A stretch of 62,618 bases of DNA, filler included, from Sphacelaria rigidula (taxonomy: Eukaryota), in NCBI GenBank assembly GCA_964200075.2. It is 8 parts of 8 records of this genome, joined end to end, with 100 filler letters (N's around TTAATTAATTAA, not from the genome) between each part and the next. Parts side by side here need not be neighbours in the genome. Positions count along the whole stretch, not along the records: positions 1 to 7,740 come from CAXNAA020013607.1; positions 7,841 to 15,580 come from CAXNAA020013608.1; 6 more parts are not named here. The stretch is one strand, 5' to 3'. How positions within the stretch are numbered: position 1 is the first letter of the stretch; each line of letters opens with the position of its first letter. Positions 1 to 12,396 of the stretch are shown piece after piece. Made by a program: the position numbers and the translations under genes. The notes beneath the pieces were generated by a model. It was not told where the DNA came from and made no database searches. It was given only the letters and a program-made list of their open reading frames with translations.

Positions 1-266
1 TAACCTTGAGTTGCTCGTCTCCCCCACTCATTTCCAGAGTGTGTGCACTGGGGTCCGTAGCAGTCAATTCCAAACATTCTTCCTGTGCTGCAGCAGCTGT
101 GCGCAGCAGGCTATACCCCACCCTTTTTCTCTTTGGGCCAATTTTCTACAGAGGTTTTCTCTCCTCTTTTCTTTTTCAAAGAAAGTGCGTTCGACGGGAA
201 TCGAACCAGCGACTAACTTTTGTGACGGTTTAAAGAGATGACCAACTAGACTACTGACCAGTCAGC
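1..266 (-). mobile_element. tRNA-derived SINE-like element (head ~180-266; body runs off contig start)
   Basis: Minus strand reads ...TAGTCTAGTTGG (A-box-like)...GGTTCGATTCCC (B-box); no complete tRNA cloverleaf. Confidence 0.6.
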
Positions 267-299
267 GCTGACTGATCAGAAGTCTAGTTGGTTGTCTCT
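234..299. repeat. ~66-bp imperfect palindrome centred on AGCGCT, overlapping the SINE head
   Basis: agagatgaccaactagactactgaccagtcagc|gctgactgatcagaagtctagttggttgtctct (4 mismatches); same motif at 15681-15738. Confidence 0.8.
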
Positions 300-859
300 A
301 ATCTCAGTTTCAGACTACCTACTGCCTTCACCGGGAATGTGGTTCCGTCGCCCACGATAACGTTCTCAATACCTCGAGGGGAGAGTCGTGAATCAACAAC
401 ATTTTGCATGCTTCCGGTAATATGGTGTGGAGCGCTAGTGCAATCCACTGCTCAGTACTGTCACCTCTCGTCTACCCGCCTATGTAACAAAAGTATATCG
501 ATGCAAACCAACACTGCCAAGCCGATACCTGGACTCGCCGTTCGGTACGGAACGCGCCATGCAGAGCTGAAGATGCTCCGAGGGTAAGCATCGGTAGGGG
601 GTGACGATGTAGCAGGGGGGCTGTATGTTGATAGCGTTGCCGTTGTGGATTGAAACAGCATGGTGGATGGGTATAGTAGTAATAGGCTGGTGCTGGGTGG
701 GGTTAGAAAGGCGTTAGGTTCTGTGCTTTGATTTTGTTGACTTTATATTATTGTGATCATTCTTTTTTTGTTAGGTCTTAGTCTACTATATCGTTCTGTT
801 CGACTTTTATATTATGATCCTTCTTTTCTTCAGCAAGTGTTTCAGTTTTTGATTTTCTT

Positions 860-943
860 GGGTACACCTATCATGAGGCCACGGCTGGACCCTTGGGGGG
901 TCAGTTAAACTGCGACAATCAATCAATCAATCAATCAATCAAT
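860..943 (+). mobile_element. 3' end of a non-LTR retroelement (LINE/SINE) with (CAAT)7 tail
   Basis: ccacggctgga...cagttaa...(CAAT)7 at 916-943; related tail at 49545-49649. Confidence 0.55.
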
Positions 944-950
944 TCATGGG

Positions 951-1445
951 TGTTGGGTTGGATGGTGGTATTATGGAGGTTGGGATGTGTAGTGGATGCC
1001 CGGTGGTTGAAGTGGAAGTTGTTGAGGTCGCCGTGGTGGTTGCGGCGACTGTTGTCGTGCTGAAGACGAACTCTCCACGCAGTGAGCGACACGAGCGCCG
1101 TCAAAGGCACTCCGTCGTTGGAGACGACATCTTCTCCGTCGGAATGGGAGTACGGAGTGTCGTCTTGTGGTGTGGTGTGCGCTTCTGTTGGGTGAAATAA
1201 GGGAGATTTGTCATAGCATGCGAGGGAGCTGCTGAAGGCGAATCACGGCATCTCTCGCCCCGATATGGTCAGTGTGTGTTCTCTCCTCTCTTATGTCGGT
1301 GGTATTGAACACGATAATAAAACATTATCGATGTACCTTTGTTTCGACTTCCATCTTGACAACTGGTGTTGTGCGAGCTGCATTGTACTTTCTGGTGAAG
1401 CAGTCGGTGCGGCTTGAACTAGTTTATGCCCAGGGTATATCGACA
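951..1445 (+). repeat. 5' LTR of copia (R/U5 part ~1136-1445 alignable; start at 951 tentative)
   Basis: Aligns with ~7068-7377; both copies end ...CTAGTTTATGCCCAGGGTATATCGACA. Confidence 0.65.
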
Positions 1446-4143
1446 CGCTAGCGTTGGCACTTATGATGGACTAGGGCTAGTACGTTAGATTCGCTATACC
1501 ATAAGTGGTACAGGAAGTGAATGCAAACCTAGGAGTATAGTTGAGGAGCAAGAGGCTCCGGCGCAGGCAATCGCAGTCATGCCTGAGGATTATCATAGTT
1601 TCAAAGAATGGCAAGCTAGTAGGGAGATAGGGGCTTCCGCAACAGTGGGGATAACAGGGCCACCACGACAGGATGCTGCTCCGATGGACTTCGGAGCAAG
1701 GGGGGAACCGCTCAGCGGGTGGACCGGTCTTAGATCCGGTTACCCCAGAGAGGGGACTGGAGCTACGCGCTGGGGCGCGACAGGTACTTAAGTCCCTAGC
1801 ACGGCGTTGGGTATGATGGCTGGTCTTAGTTTTCCGAGTGCAGAGGGCTTGGGTACGAATGATAGTATGCAAATTCAGGCCAACACTCAAGGTACATCAA
1901 TACTCTTGAATGCCCATTCTCGAACATTGGAGGCTCGACAAATTCGCCCCTTCGACAGTACTAAGAGTCATGCATGGGTGGTTGTTGAGCGTGAAGTTGA
2001 ACGATATGTTTTCATGTATGGCTTGGGGGGAAGGATTGTTCAGAAAGCCCCCGCTTTGTGTCGATCCCTTTAACGAACAGCAGCCGCTGGGTGTGGTTTC
2101 GGAAGACATGAAACAAGCACGATTTGCGTCAATTTTGCTTTTGAACACTGTGAAAGATGGGGTCGGTAGACACATATTTTTCGAATCGCAATCATCATCT
2201 ATATATCATCGCGTGCATTGGATGAATAACTTTGTCCGAAGACCTCCGAATCAAGTATGGATGTTCTGGCCGAGTTCAACAACCAGAAATGCATCAAGGG
2301 TCAAGACACCGATGAATTCTGGATCCGATTACGGTCGTTGCAGTCGCGTGCAAGGTTGCTGGGATTGGGGATTACTCAACAGATCGTCGTGGACAAGTTT
2401 CTTAACCCCGTTTCCCCCGAGTACACCACCGTTCGAGATCAACTGCGCTTTGACCCGACATTGTTCAGGGGTTAAAGACAGTTTCCTGTCACTCAAGAAA
2501 ACAGGTGGTTTGCGTGGTACAAATCATGATCATGTACTCTACGCAGGGAACAAATGTTCCGCCCCCAAGAGTAAGAGTAGAGAGGTTGGGAGTAAGTCGC
2601 AGACATCCGTGACGATAGCCACTGACGGTAAGGCTCAGGCTGATGGTGCCGCAGCAACTGGTGACAGTAGTTCGTCGGCCACAAATAGGAGGCAAGATTA
2701 ATCTGACGTGTTTCGAGTGTGGTAAGACCCGCCATTTCAAGTCTGAGTGCTCTCAACGTGTTGGTGAAGTATGTGGTGGTAAGGGTCACTCGAACGGATT
2801 TCATAAAATGATCGCCGTGTGTACATCCGATAGTTTAAGGACTCTCTTTGCTTGGGTTTCATTGCAGTTGAGACCAAGACAGATGAATTCGCGTCTACAG
2901 CCGACGGTGTACCAGATGACCGCTCGATTTCGGATGACGGGGGGAGGAGGTTTCCATAGCCGGTAGTGCGGCATCATGCCATATGACCCCTTGTAAAGAC
3001 AGTATTTTTTAGTAGAGCCATGCACCGGGTTGTCAGTCACAGTAGCTAAAAGCCAGGAATCATCTATACTGGGCTTCGGAGGACTGCTCATGTCAACAGG
3101 TAGTGGGAACGATCAACTAGCCTTCAGCGTTAGCCGTCTCGGAGCTTAATGTGGATGTATTTTCCTTGCAGAGTGTGGTGGTCGAGCACAATCTGCCGGT
3201 TAGTTTAACGAGGAAGGGGACATTGATTACTTTGCCTGGCGCGAAGGAATTGATTTTTGAGAGGGCTGGGGGAAATGATGCCATGACTGCTACCCGTACT
3301 TCACCGTCTACCATTTCGTCGACAACTCCGCAATTTGACAATTATGAAGCCGCTAGAGCTGTTCTCGCCCCGGGCAAGGTGTCCATCAACCTCAATCAAG
3401 GGGATATCAATCTGTTTCACCAGTCTCGTGGCCACCTACATGAGGGTTTATTGCGAGAAACGGCGAAACAGCAGAGGGTGATTTTGGTGGGGACTTTGCA
3501 GGAGTGCAAGGGGTGCCCTATGGGAAAGAGGCTGCGCGAGCCCATTCCTACGTCCCACCAACACAAGAGCAGCAGTTAAGCCGTTTGAACGTGTGCTCAT
3601 AGATGCGTATGGTCCCAAGTTAGTTGAGCACGGGTAGTGTAAAGTATTCATCTCTCATTCGAGATGATTTTTCGCGGAAAATCTGGATGTGTTTCGGCAA
3701 ATACAGTCGGACACTGCGAGAGCATTTGAGCAGTACCTCGCAGATGTAGGGGCGCAGTGCATTCCCTCGGTGGTGAAGACTGTGAGATCGGACGGGGGAG
3801 GAGAGTGTGCAGAGTCTTTTTCAGCTATCTGTGCAGGAAACGCGGTATCAGAAAGGAGCATACCCCCAGCAAATAGTCCTGAGTTGAACGGTGCGGCTGT
3901 AGCGATAGTTGAGCAAGCCGTTATGGCTGATCGAATTCAAGCGAAGGTACTTCACAATGTGGATGTCCCGACGAGGATGTGGGCAGAATCGTATCATTGG
4001 GCAGCAGGTGCATTAAACCGCTCTGCTACCACATACCACGGCAAACCCTGGCAAGAAGTCCCCAGATAAACTGCTCTTTGGGGAAGTACCCCCGGTTCAA
4101 GCTTCTCCCTTGCTTCAAGCCCGAACACTGTACGTACTAAAGG

Positions 4144-5303
4144 GCGTCGAAGTGTTTTTTCTCTCAGCGCAAGCTAGCGCTGTAGCTACTCTGTTGGTTA
4201 TTGAGAGAGGGGTTGGTGAGAACGTTGGAACATCGTCAATCTCTTGACGATCACCCCCGAACACCAGCCGAGCCTTTGCCTTCATAACGTAACCATGTTC
4301 GTCAGTTTTTCACTTACAAACTCACTTGGAATCGACCGTTTTCTCTCCCTCCGGCTGTAAATCCACAACTGTCCGAGTGTTGTTATGTTGCAATCCTTCC
4401 ACCTCTCTGTTCATTGCATCAGCCCATACTTTCTTGAACTGAGAATTTGATACATTCTTTACCGTCTTGGGTGCTGCTTCTATCTCACCAAGAGTAGTAA
4501 CACATGGGATCGACTGCAACTCAGACTCCCCTGATTTTCTCGGGTCGTCCTTGCCGGCCAGCTGAGCCAAAATCCGATCCGTGGCCAACAAATCACCGTC
4601 GACGCCCACACACTGTGATCATCTTCTTGCCGCAGTAAATCAGGAACGCGTTGATGCAGTCACTGTTCTTGGCCTTGTTGCTGTAGCAGTCGTGTCTGCT
4701 GCCTGGTCCGACCAAGCGTCGGCTCAACCGAATCTGGTTAGCTCGCGGCATCCTCGCCATCGACAGACAACCCCTCCGACGAGTCACGATCACACGACGG
4801 TGTAGACGATGAAGACGACGTAGGCGATGCACATGACTACTCCACTATGTTCTCGCCGTCGTCGTTGCCTGGTTCCTACTCAGGTTCCGACCGCTCATCT
4901 CCATGCTGTTCAAGTTTCTCAGACACTGCATCACCCGGAAATCCCCCCCCCCCCCCCCCCCCCCGCCCCACCCCACCCCCCACCAACCCACCCCCCCCGC
5001 GTCCACCCCCTTCGCCCCTTCTGCCCCNNNNNNNNNNCTCTGGTTCCCCCCCCCCCTCTTCCTGCTGTTCAAATTTTTCAAACCACGCCCCCCCCGGAAA
5101 CCCCCCCCCCCCCCCCCGCCGAGGTCCGACTCATCGAAATTAGAGCCCTCGACATCGCTCTCCCCGTGTTCTGCATTCTGCGAAGTTTCCCCCCGCTGCC
5201 TAGAAAACGGAACCGCTGGCTGTGAGGTTTAGGGGGGTAAATGACACCAATTGACATTGCGAGTAGTGATCACGTATCTATCTTTCGTGTGCATTTTCAT
5301 GGA
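4144..5303 (-). pseudogene. Inverted copia segment: integrase C-terminal region, linker and RT N-terminus
   Basis: Minus strand encodes YVITTRNVNW...APKTVKNVSNSQFKKVWADAMNREVEGLQHNNT...KAKARLVFGGDRQ..TFSPTP...HFD. Confidence 0.85.
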
Positions 5304-6497
5304 GTCACGAGGCTACGTGTAGCCAGGCCCCGAGTGAAAACATTCCTGTGCATATGCGGTCGCCGCCAGGTCTAGGTGAACGGACAGGTACTGTCGTACA
5401 CCTGAGGAAACGTCTGAACGGGATTCGACAAACGGCTAGAGAATTGTTTGGTAAGCTGGGGAAAACTCTGAAAGGTCTGGGTTTCGAGCAGAGCTTGGCT
5501 GACGCGTGCATATACAGGCTGATGGACGGAGAGGAGTTGAAGGTTCTGGCTGTGTTTCATGTCGATGACATGCTCGTGGTGGGTGATGAGGCTGTGTGCA
5601 AGAAGTTGGCTGCAGATATCAACTTTCACCTTCCGCCGGAAAAATTCGAAGAAATGGTCTTGTATGCGGGGTGCGAGTACAGGCACGACCTCAAGAAGGG
5701 CACTCTGAAGTTGTCACAGACTACATATATCCGACAACCTCTAGACAAGTTTTCCATCATCAGGACCGCCGCGACCCCCGTGAATGTTTCACCTTCTTTC
5801 AAGGTTGATGAGCAAGAGGACTTTAGGGGAAGGTATCGCGAGGCGGTGGGATCGCTGATGTGGCTCTCTACCAACACTCGCTCGGACATCGCCGATGCCG
5901 TGAGAGGTGCGTCCAGGCACAACGAGAACCCGACATCGGAAGGCTGGCGCAAAGTGCTGAAGATTTACGGATACCTGAAGACTGGGGTAGATTTAAGGAT
6001 CATGTATGTCCAGGGTGCGGGCGATGAGTTGGTAGCGTATGCAGATGCCGACAACGCAAAATTCGCCGATCGGCGTTCCGAGTCGGGAGGGGCAATATTT
6101 TCTGTGTGGCTGTGGCTGGATTTTCTCTCCTACTCGGAATAATGTTACGCTGTCTACGACGCAGGCTCAGTATCTGGCGATGGAGGACTTGGTGAAGGAC
6201 GCTCTTATTGTGAAGGCAGTGCTGAAATTCACGCGAGCGCAGAAGAAGTAGTTCTGAATCCCAGTGACAAGTATACGAGGAGAACCAGGGGGGCATTCAG
6301 CTTGCTAATAACCTACGAAGCTGCCACAACAGCAAGCACATAGATGTACGTCATCATTTCTTGAGGGAGTTGGTGTCAGAGCAGATCGTTCGAGTGCAGT
6401 ATGTGACATCATCCCAGCAGCGTGCTGATGTCTTGACAAAACCTTTGTATGTGGACAGCTTTAGATAGCACACGAATGCTTTGATGAACAAGTAGTA
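5304..6497 (+). pseudogene. Copia reverse transcriptase (C-terminal part) and RNase H
   Basis: ORF 5348-6142: LRKRLNGIRQ, GFEQSLADACIY, VFHVDDML, YREAVGSLMWLSTNTRSDI, YADAD..DRRSESG; continues via frameshifts. Confidence 0.9.
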
Positions 6498-6822
6498 ACT
6501 TCGGCAACTTTGCCGATTGAAGTATGACTGCTATATATTATCGGACCCTGTACTGTTTCTACGTCAAGCTATGAACGTTTTGATTGAGGTGCCGCTGCGA
6601 GATAAAGCTTAGTGTTTCCCACTGGGGGGAACGTGCATTCTCATGAAATCCGTGCCATAGCCGAGGCTAGACTACATTTCGGTCAACACTTGGATACGAC
6701 TTGTGTTCTTAGGAAACAGGAATTTGTTTTGGGGGGTTGAAGTGTTCGAACATTTTTGTGAGGGATATTGATGAAATTTTCCGGCGCGTATTCGAGTTTT
6801 CAATGTGCAAAATGAGGGAGGG

Positions 6823-7377
6823 TGTTGATCATGTGGTAATTTCACTCATGGGGAATAGCGCAGGATGTAGTATACTGTTCGGAGATTGTTGGAAAAAAAT
6901 GCCGTGGATTAGCTGATGGGAAACGGTACTGATAACGTCGTTCCACGAATGGTACTTCAGAGTGACGGTTCAGATTGATCCTCGGAATGATCTTCCGGTT
7001 GTTTTCTCATTATTGTTTCCAAATTATCTAGGAAGGAACGCAGAGTTCTCCCTGTGCTGTACCGTACGCTCCAGCTTGATGGAAAGTACAGTGTTGTCTT
7101 GTGATGTGTTGTGCGCTTCTGTTGGATGAAAAAAGGGAGATTTGTCATAGCTTGTGAGGGAGCTGATGAGAGTGCACCGCCGCATCACTCGCTCCTATAT
7201 TGTCGGTGTGCTCTCCCCTCTCTTATGCCGGTGGCATCGAACGTGAAAATAAATAAAAATATATACACATTTATTTTGACTTCCATCTCGACAACTGGTG
7301 TTGTGCGAGCGGCCTTGTACTGTCTAGTTGAACAGTTGGTGCGGCTTGAACTAGTTTATGCCCAGGGTATATCGACA
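6823..7377 (+). repeat. 3' LTR of copia (555 bp, TGTTGA...TCGACA)
   Basis: Directly follows PPT; near-inverted termini; internal AATAAA; similarity to 5' LTR. Confidence 0.85.
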
Positions 7378-7740
7378 AAACAATCCTGCTGTGGAGGCTC
7401 TGGAGAATGTTGGGATACAGCGTCGAGATGGCGAGGAAGTCAAGGCGTAACTGTTACCTTTGCCCCCGTCAAAACCACCATACCTGGATTGCTAATGGTC
7501 GTGGTCAGAGTTGTGGTACTGGCGACCCCCCCCTTGTCCCTGCCTACTCCGTCGCGATGGATCGTCGGGACGGTGGTTCTGCCGGTGATACGGAGTACTA
7601 CAACCCCTACTGTTGGTGCAGCAGTCACGGTACTGATGATGGGGGTTGTGGTAAAGACGGTAGTCGGACTGATTGTTGTGGGTGCGGTGGTTGTTGGAGT
7701 AGTTTGTGCACCATGAGTCGATGTGGGATCGCCCTTTGCC

Positions 7741-7840
7741 NNNNNNNNNNNNNNNNNNNNNNNNNNNNNNNNNNNNNNNNNNNNTTAATTAATTAANNNN
7801 NNNNNNNNNNNNNNNNNNNNNNNNNNNNNNNNNNNNNNNN
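7741..7840. other. Artificial contig spacer (also 15581-15680, 23421-23520, 31261-31360, 39101-39200, 46941-47040, 54780-54879)
   Basis: 44 N + TTAATTAATTAA (stops in all six frames) + 44 N, separating 7740/7739-bp contigs. Confidence 0.98.
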
Positions 7841-8268
7841 CCCCCCCCCCCCCTCGAAAGGGAGGGGGGGGCAACGGCCAAACACACCAGCGAAACAAAA
7901 AAATAGTCCCCCCCCCCCCCCCCCCCCCCTCCCTTGTCTGGTCTAGCGGCTACGGTATTCAATATAACGAGTTCATCCTGTCTTGTAGTGTGTTGAAATG
8001 CCTACACGCATCGTCAAACACGATATCTTCACATATGCTAAAACTTGTCGCCTGTATGTTTCTCGATCAAAACAGTACAGGAGTAAAATGTTCAATGTTT
8101 GGTAATACAGTAGGCGGAACATGCTTCACCGCGAGACAAATGGCTATTTTGTGACACGTAGTTCGAACTTATATCATGTCATTTATTGCGCGCCTTCCTG
8201 TGTGTGCTCGCGTTTTTTTTCCGTGTTTTCTGTCTTTTATTGGCTACATCTTTCACTTGGCGCCGAAG

Positions 8269-8356
8269 AGATGCGCAAGCGATGAGGGAGAAGCAAGCTC
8301 GCAAGGCTGCAGAAAAAGAAGCAGCGGCGAAAGAAGCCGCAGAAGCGAAGAAGTAG
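8269..8356 (+). CDS. SERF: Last coding exon of a SERF/4F5 (small EDRK-rich factor) family gene
   Basis: After pyrimidine tract and AG (8267-8268): (R)DAQAMREKQARKAAEKEAAAKEAAEAKK*, matching the 4F5 C-terminal RD..M.EKQ..A.EK motif; missed by ORF track. Confidence 0.75.
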
Positions 8357-11300
8357 AAGTAGTGGCGTATCAGCTCCCGGCCCCCACCCTTTTTTGGTGC
8401 GACCATCGGTCCAGGGTTGAAGCGACGGAGGAACCATGCGTCCGATTTGGTGTCGTGTGTAGCTCTCGGGAAATTTTGACCAGAAAGGGGCGATAACATC
8501 CAAACTACGGGAGAAGGAGGAAATAATCAAGTTTTTTTCTTTGTTGTTGTATCTGTCTGATCGTATCACGCCAACAGCGGGGCATGTAGCAGCGCAGTAG
8601 TGCAGTTCTGTGTCATCGTTGGTGGCGGGAAAAAAAAAAGACTCGTGTGTTGGTTGTCGTGTGCTGCAGAAGTTGCGGGATATCCGCTTTCGAGTTGACA
8701 GCGATCGAACTCTGCCTGTCGCTCGATGGGAAGGAAAACACGAGTGGGTTTCTGCCCCTTCAATATTTGCCCTCCACCCTCCTCGGCCTCCTTGTCGTCA
8801 TGGTTGTCTTAATATGTGTGGAGTTGCATGTCCAGGCGGCGTACACTTGGCGGAGTATGTCTTTCAACCTCTCTGCTCCTTGCAACCGTCTTCCCAATGA
8901 CCATTGCGGGCCGGGTAGAGAGGGGGGGCGTACTCATTTGTTGCCTGCCTCACTCGTTTGATCATTGACCACGCATCGCTTTCGAGACAGAGCATGTAAG
9001 GGGGGAGGGTGTACTCATGATGTTGCGTGCCATAGTTATATGACCATTGGCCTCGGTGGAGAGGCGGGGTGGAAGGAGTTGAACACAGTTGTGTGATGGT
9101 TTTGTCGATTTCCGTTTCGGTTGTACTTCGCTAAGGGGGGAAGGTAAACGATTTTTTACGAAGAGTGTTATCCCGATCGGGGAGGCGGCGAATTTCAGAC
9201 GGATGAAGGAGTGTCATCGGGAACATGAAAGAAGAGAATACCCTTTAGCAGCATTAAGAGGCTCTACTTTGGTTCTATTTCCCTCTCCCCTCTGGAAATG
9301 AAACACGCGGGTTCGAGCTTTTATTGTTGCCCCGCAACATAGCACGGTGACATGACGCGGCGCACCTGTAGTAGAGAGTAGAGAGCGTGCCTGTCGCGGC
9401 GGTGAGAATCGTCGGGGGGAAAAGAGAAGAAGAGTAGCCGATTCCGACGTCGGGATTGTTGTTGGTTACATCCTCATTTACGCATATATTTTTGTTTCTG
9501 GTCACCGTTCCTAAATATATATATATATATTTCTCGTTTGTAGGAGGCGATGATCGCGCGTGTGGACGGTTGGTCGTGTCCCACCTCGCAGATCGTGTCG
9601 CTTGTCGGCGGGCAGCAGCCGAGCTTGCCCGCGAGCAAGAGCGACGTGATCGGGGGGTCTCAGACGCTCCAGACTCATCCATTCTACCGGTTAGTTTGCC
9701 TTGCGCGATCCGGTCCCAATGTATTGTGTACTGCTGTTTCTGTTTGTTGTCGTTTCTTGCTTGGAAGTTCTCCACGCCTCCTTGACCTTTCCCTGGCGGA
9801 CAAGTGCCCCCCCCCCTCTGTGCTGTGCATGATGTAGCACGATAGATGAGCGATGAGGGTGTGCTGCTCGCTGGTTGCCGGTGTGGAGGGCAAGCTGAGA
9901 AGTAGAGGGCGGTGGCACTGTGCGGCAGTAGGCAAACGGGGCGAGTTTGACTTGTTATGTCCAGGGAATGAGGTTATTACGGTAACCTGAGAAGGAGGAG
10001 GGATAGGCGGGTGGGGATAAGGTCGGCGAGAAAAAACTGTTCCTTGTGTTTCTTCTTGACGTGCGTGTAGTTGCTCGCAGCGTGAGCGGCGGGTGCGTAG
10101 CCTGAGCACAGGTTTGGAGGGTTGTGGGTGACGTCCTTCGCGTGTAGTGTGATCAACGCATCACGGTGAAATAGTTTGTGGAAGTGGAAGAGATTTTCGA
10201 GAGGGACAGGCGGTGGACAGGGGGGGCGGGGGGAGGGGGGCGGGATCGAGACGTGCAAGGCCGTCGAGGATGTGGTTACTCACTTGTGAGACGTGGAAAT
10301 ATTTGTGTTTTGGTTGTCGGTGGCTGTTCGAACGCGCTTTTAAAAAATGATTGGCCGTTGTTGAAGATGAGGTATGCACAATTAATTAAGTAGCGGCTAC
10401 AGTAACCCGAGCTGCCCTGGCTTCCGTCTGTTCATTCTTGCCGCTGTCCGAGCGTGTGCAAGTTGGTGTTCTGGGCCTGACACGTGTTCCGTACATTATT
10501 TTTTGACGTGATGATGTGGCGCACAACGACAAGTGAATAAAAAGAAAGATTTTTGTTGCCATGAATGATAGTCGACAAGATGCATATCATCCCTCATCTC
10601 CGCGGAGCGAGCGCGATCCCGACGCCCAAAGAGGGTGTGTGTCGGTTCGAGGCTGCAGTGCAGTTAAGGTAGCGGGTGGTATCATTCCGAGCACGCTCCC
10701 CGTCCTTCTGCTTATCCGTGTTTACGCGGCGTTGCTTTTTTTGTTCGATGTAGGACACAAAAAGATGCGTGTGTGAAAATTAACGTTTTTTACTCCGTTC
10801 CACATACTCCTGACGGATAATCAGGGCGTGTTTTATCACGTCATGTTTCGGTCGAAAAAAGTGCGGTGGAGAACAGAATTTCTTATCTGATGCGATTGGT
10901 GATATCGACCATCTTCAAAGTAAACTATTACAGTTGAAATCACGACCCGTCAGATCGGAGTTTTCCTATTTCACCGCACATTCGAGACCCGGCCTCAGTT
11001 TGGAAAGTCTCGGACCAGCAGATTGATTAATGCATGTGGCCGACTAAAACTCGGGCTGTAACCGGTGTAATGTCTCACGATGATGCTATATATAAAAACC
11101 ACGGTCATAAATAATAGTGCGTGTTTCATCGCATGGTATTTTTCTTGTTCCGCATTGGTGTGCGTCGTTTTGCAACCATTCGCGTGATGACGGTGAGTCT
11201 GGCGATTTGTTCGGGGTCGACTTGGATTTTTGGGTTCCACGATATGTTGCGATCACATTTCCCCCCGGAAGTTTTCGGAGGGTATTGTCACGGTTTTTGC

Positions 11301-12396
11301 GTTCAATTTTGAGGAGACAACCAGGCAGGGGACGGGTGGGGACGCTCATAAGTCGGTGCTCAGGACGAACGGACGGAAGACGAGGAGTGTGGCGTGTTGT
11401 GATGGGCGCAGAACAAGGGAGAAACGTTTCTTGACTTCCCATCATGTCTGACTGGCTTGGCGTTGCATCTCGTATTTTTCTCCGCGACCCTCCTTTGGGA
11501 GGGTTTTGCCGCGCAGCATCGACGGGTTATGCGAGGTGGTGCGACTGTGGCGTGTTCTCGATGAAACGGTAACGGAGTGATGCTGCCGTGATAGCCCTCG
11601 CACAAACCAGCCCCGAATATGTCACCGAGAAAATGCCGCATGAAGCGCCTCATACAGGCGACACTGGCGAACACGATCCCAGGCGCGGAAAATCCTAACT
11701 GCGCGGAGTGCTTGGCTTTTGTAGTTATGATTCGCATGCTTACAGCTTTTGCCTTCTCGAACCAGCCACTTTTCTGGGGGGTGCTATCGCCATATCACTC
11801 AACGGACCGACAAGTACTACCGTGTATAGCTTTGTAGTATGCTTTGCGCAGCAAGCCGAGCACAAAGAAGTGTGGGTCCAATCATCCGTCCGGGACAGCC
11901 CGCTGTATGCGCAGTCGTTGCGCACGCATTCTCCGACCCGTGAAAGACAAGGTATGTGCCGATGTTTTTTCTGTGGGTGGCTGTATATGTATCATACGCC
12001 TTCCTTTTGTCTCCCTTTTCACACGCGAAATCCGCATACCAGACGATTGCGTCTCCCGCGCACGCACATGTATAATGCGAATCGGATATCCTCATGAGTA
12101 TTACGACACACCTCCGGAGCGACACACAACTCGATGACGGCATAACTCGCTACCGACAAGGATTGTGGTGAAAATACGGTGATGTCCGCGCGCTTTTCTC
12201 TTGTGACTCTGAACGTTCGTTTTGCGATGTGAAGGGTGCGTGGTCGTAAGTTTTTTCGTAAAGTCGATTTTGTGTTTCCTTTTTCAGAAGAAAAATAATC
12301 CAACCCCAACCCAAATCCCCGGGTTCGCGTAGACGCTTCTCCACGGTTCCAACGGTAGAACATAAGTCACAAACGTCAGACTTTTCGCTCGTTGGT

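Larger units (their letters stand above)
951..7377 (+). mobile_element. Degenerate Ty1/copia LTR retrotransposon with internal inversion
   Basis: Zinc knuckle CFECGKTRHFKSEC (~2708), protease remnant IAGSAASCHMT (~2955), pre-integrase DINLFHQSRGH..ECKGC, integrase VRSDGGGE..SPELNG, RT VFHVDDML, RNase H SKHIDVRHHFLRE..ADVLTKP; PPT GAGGGAGGG then TGTTGA at 6823; many stops and frameshifts; 5' boundary uncertain. Confidence 0.92.

Noticed and set aside
180-266. Functional tRNA genes (also ~14690-14770 and 39601-39682)
   Set aside because: A/B boxes present but no canonical cloverleaf; better explained as SINE heads
4940-5120. Proline-rich ORFs from poly-C tracts (similar homopolymer tracts at 35420-35550 and 54736-54779)
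   Set aside because: Homopolymer runs beside N gaps; likely low-quality sequence
7378-7740. Val/Thr-rich ORFs or gag fragment after the copia LTR
   Set aside because: Low-complexity sequence with no diagnostic motif
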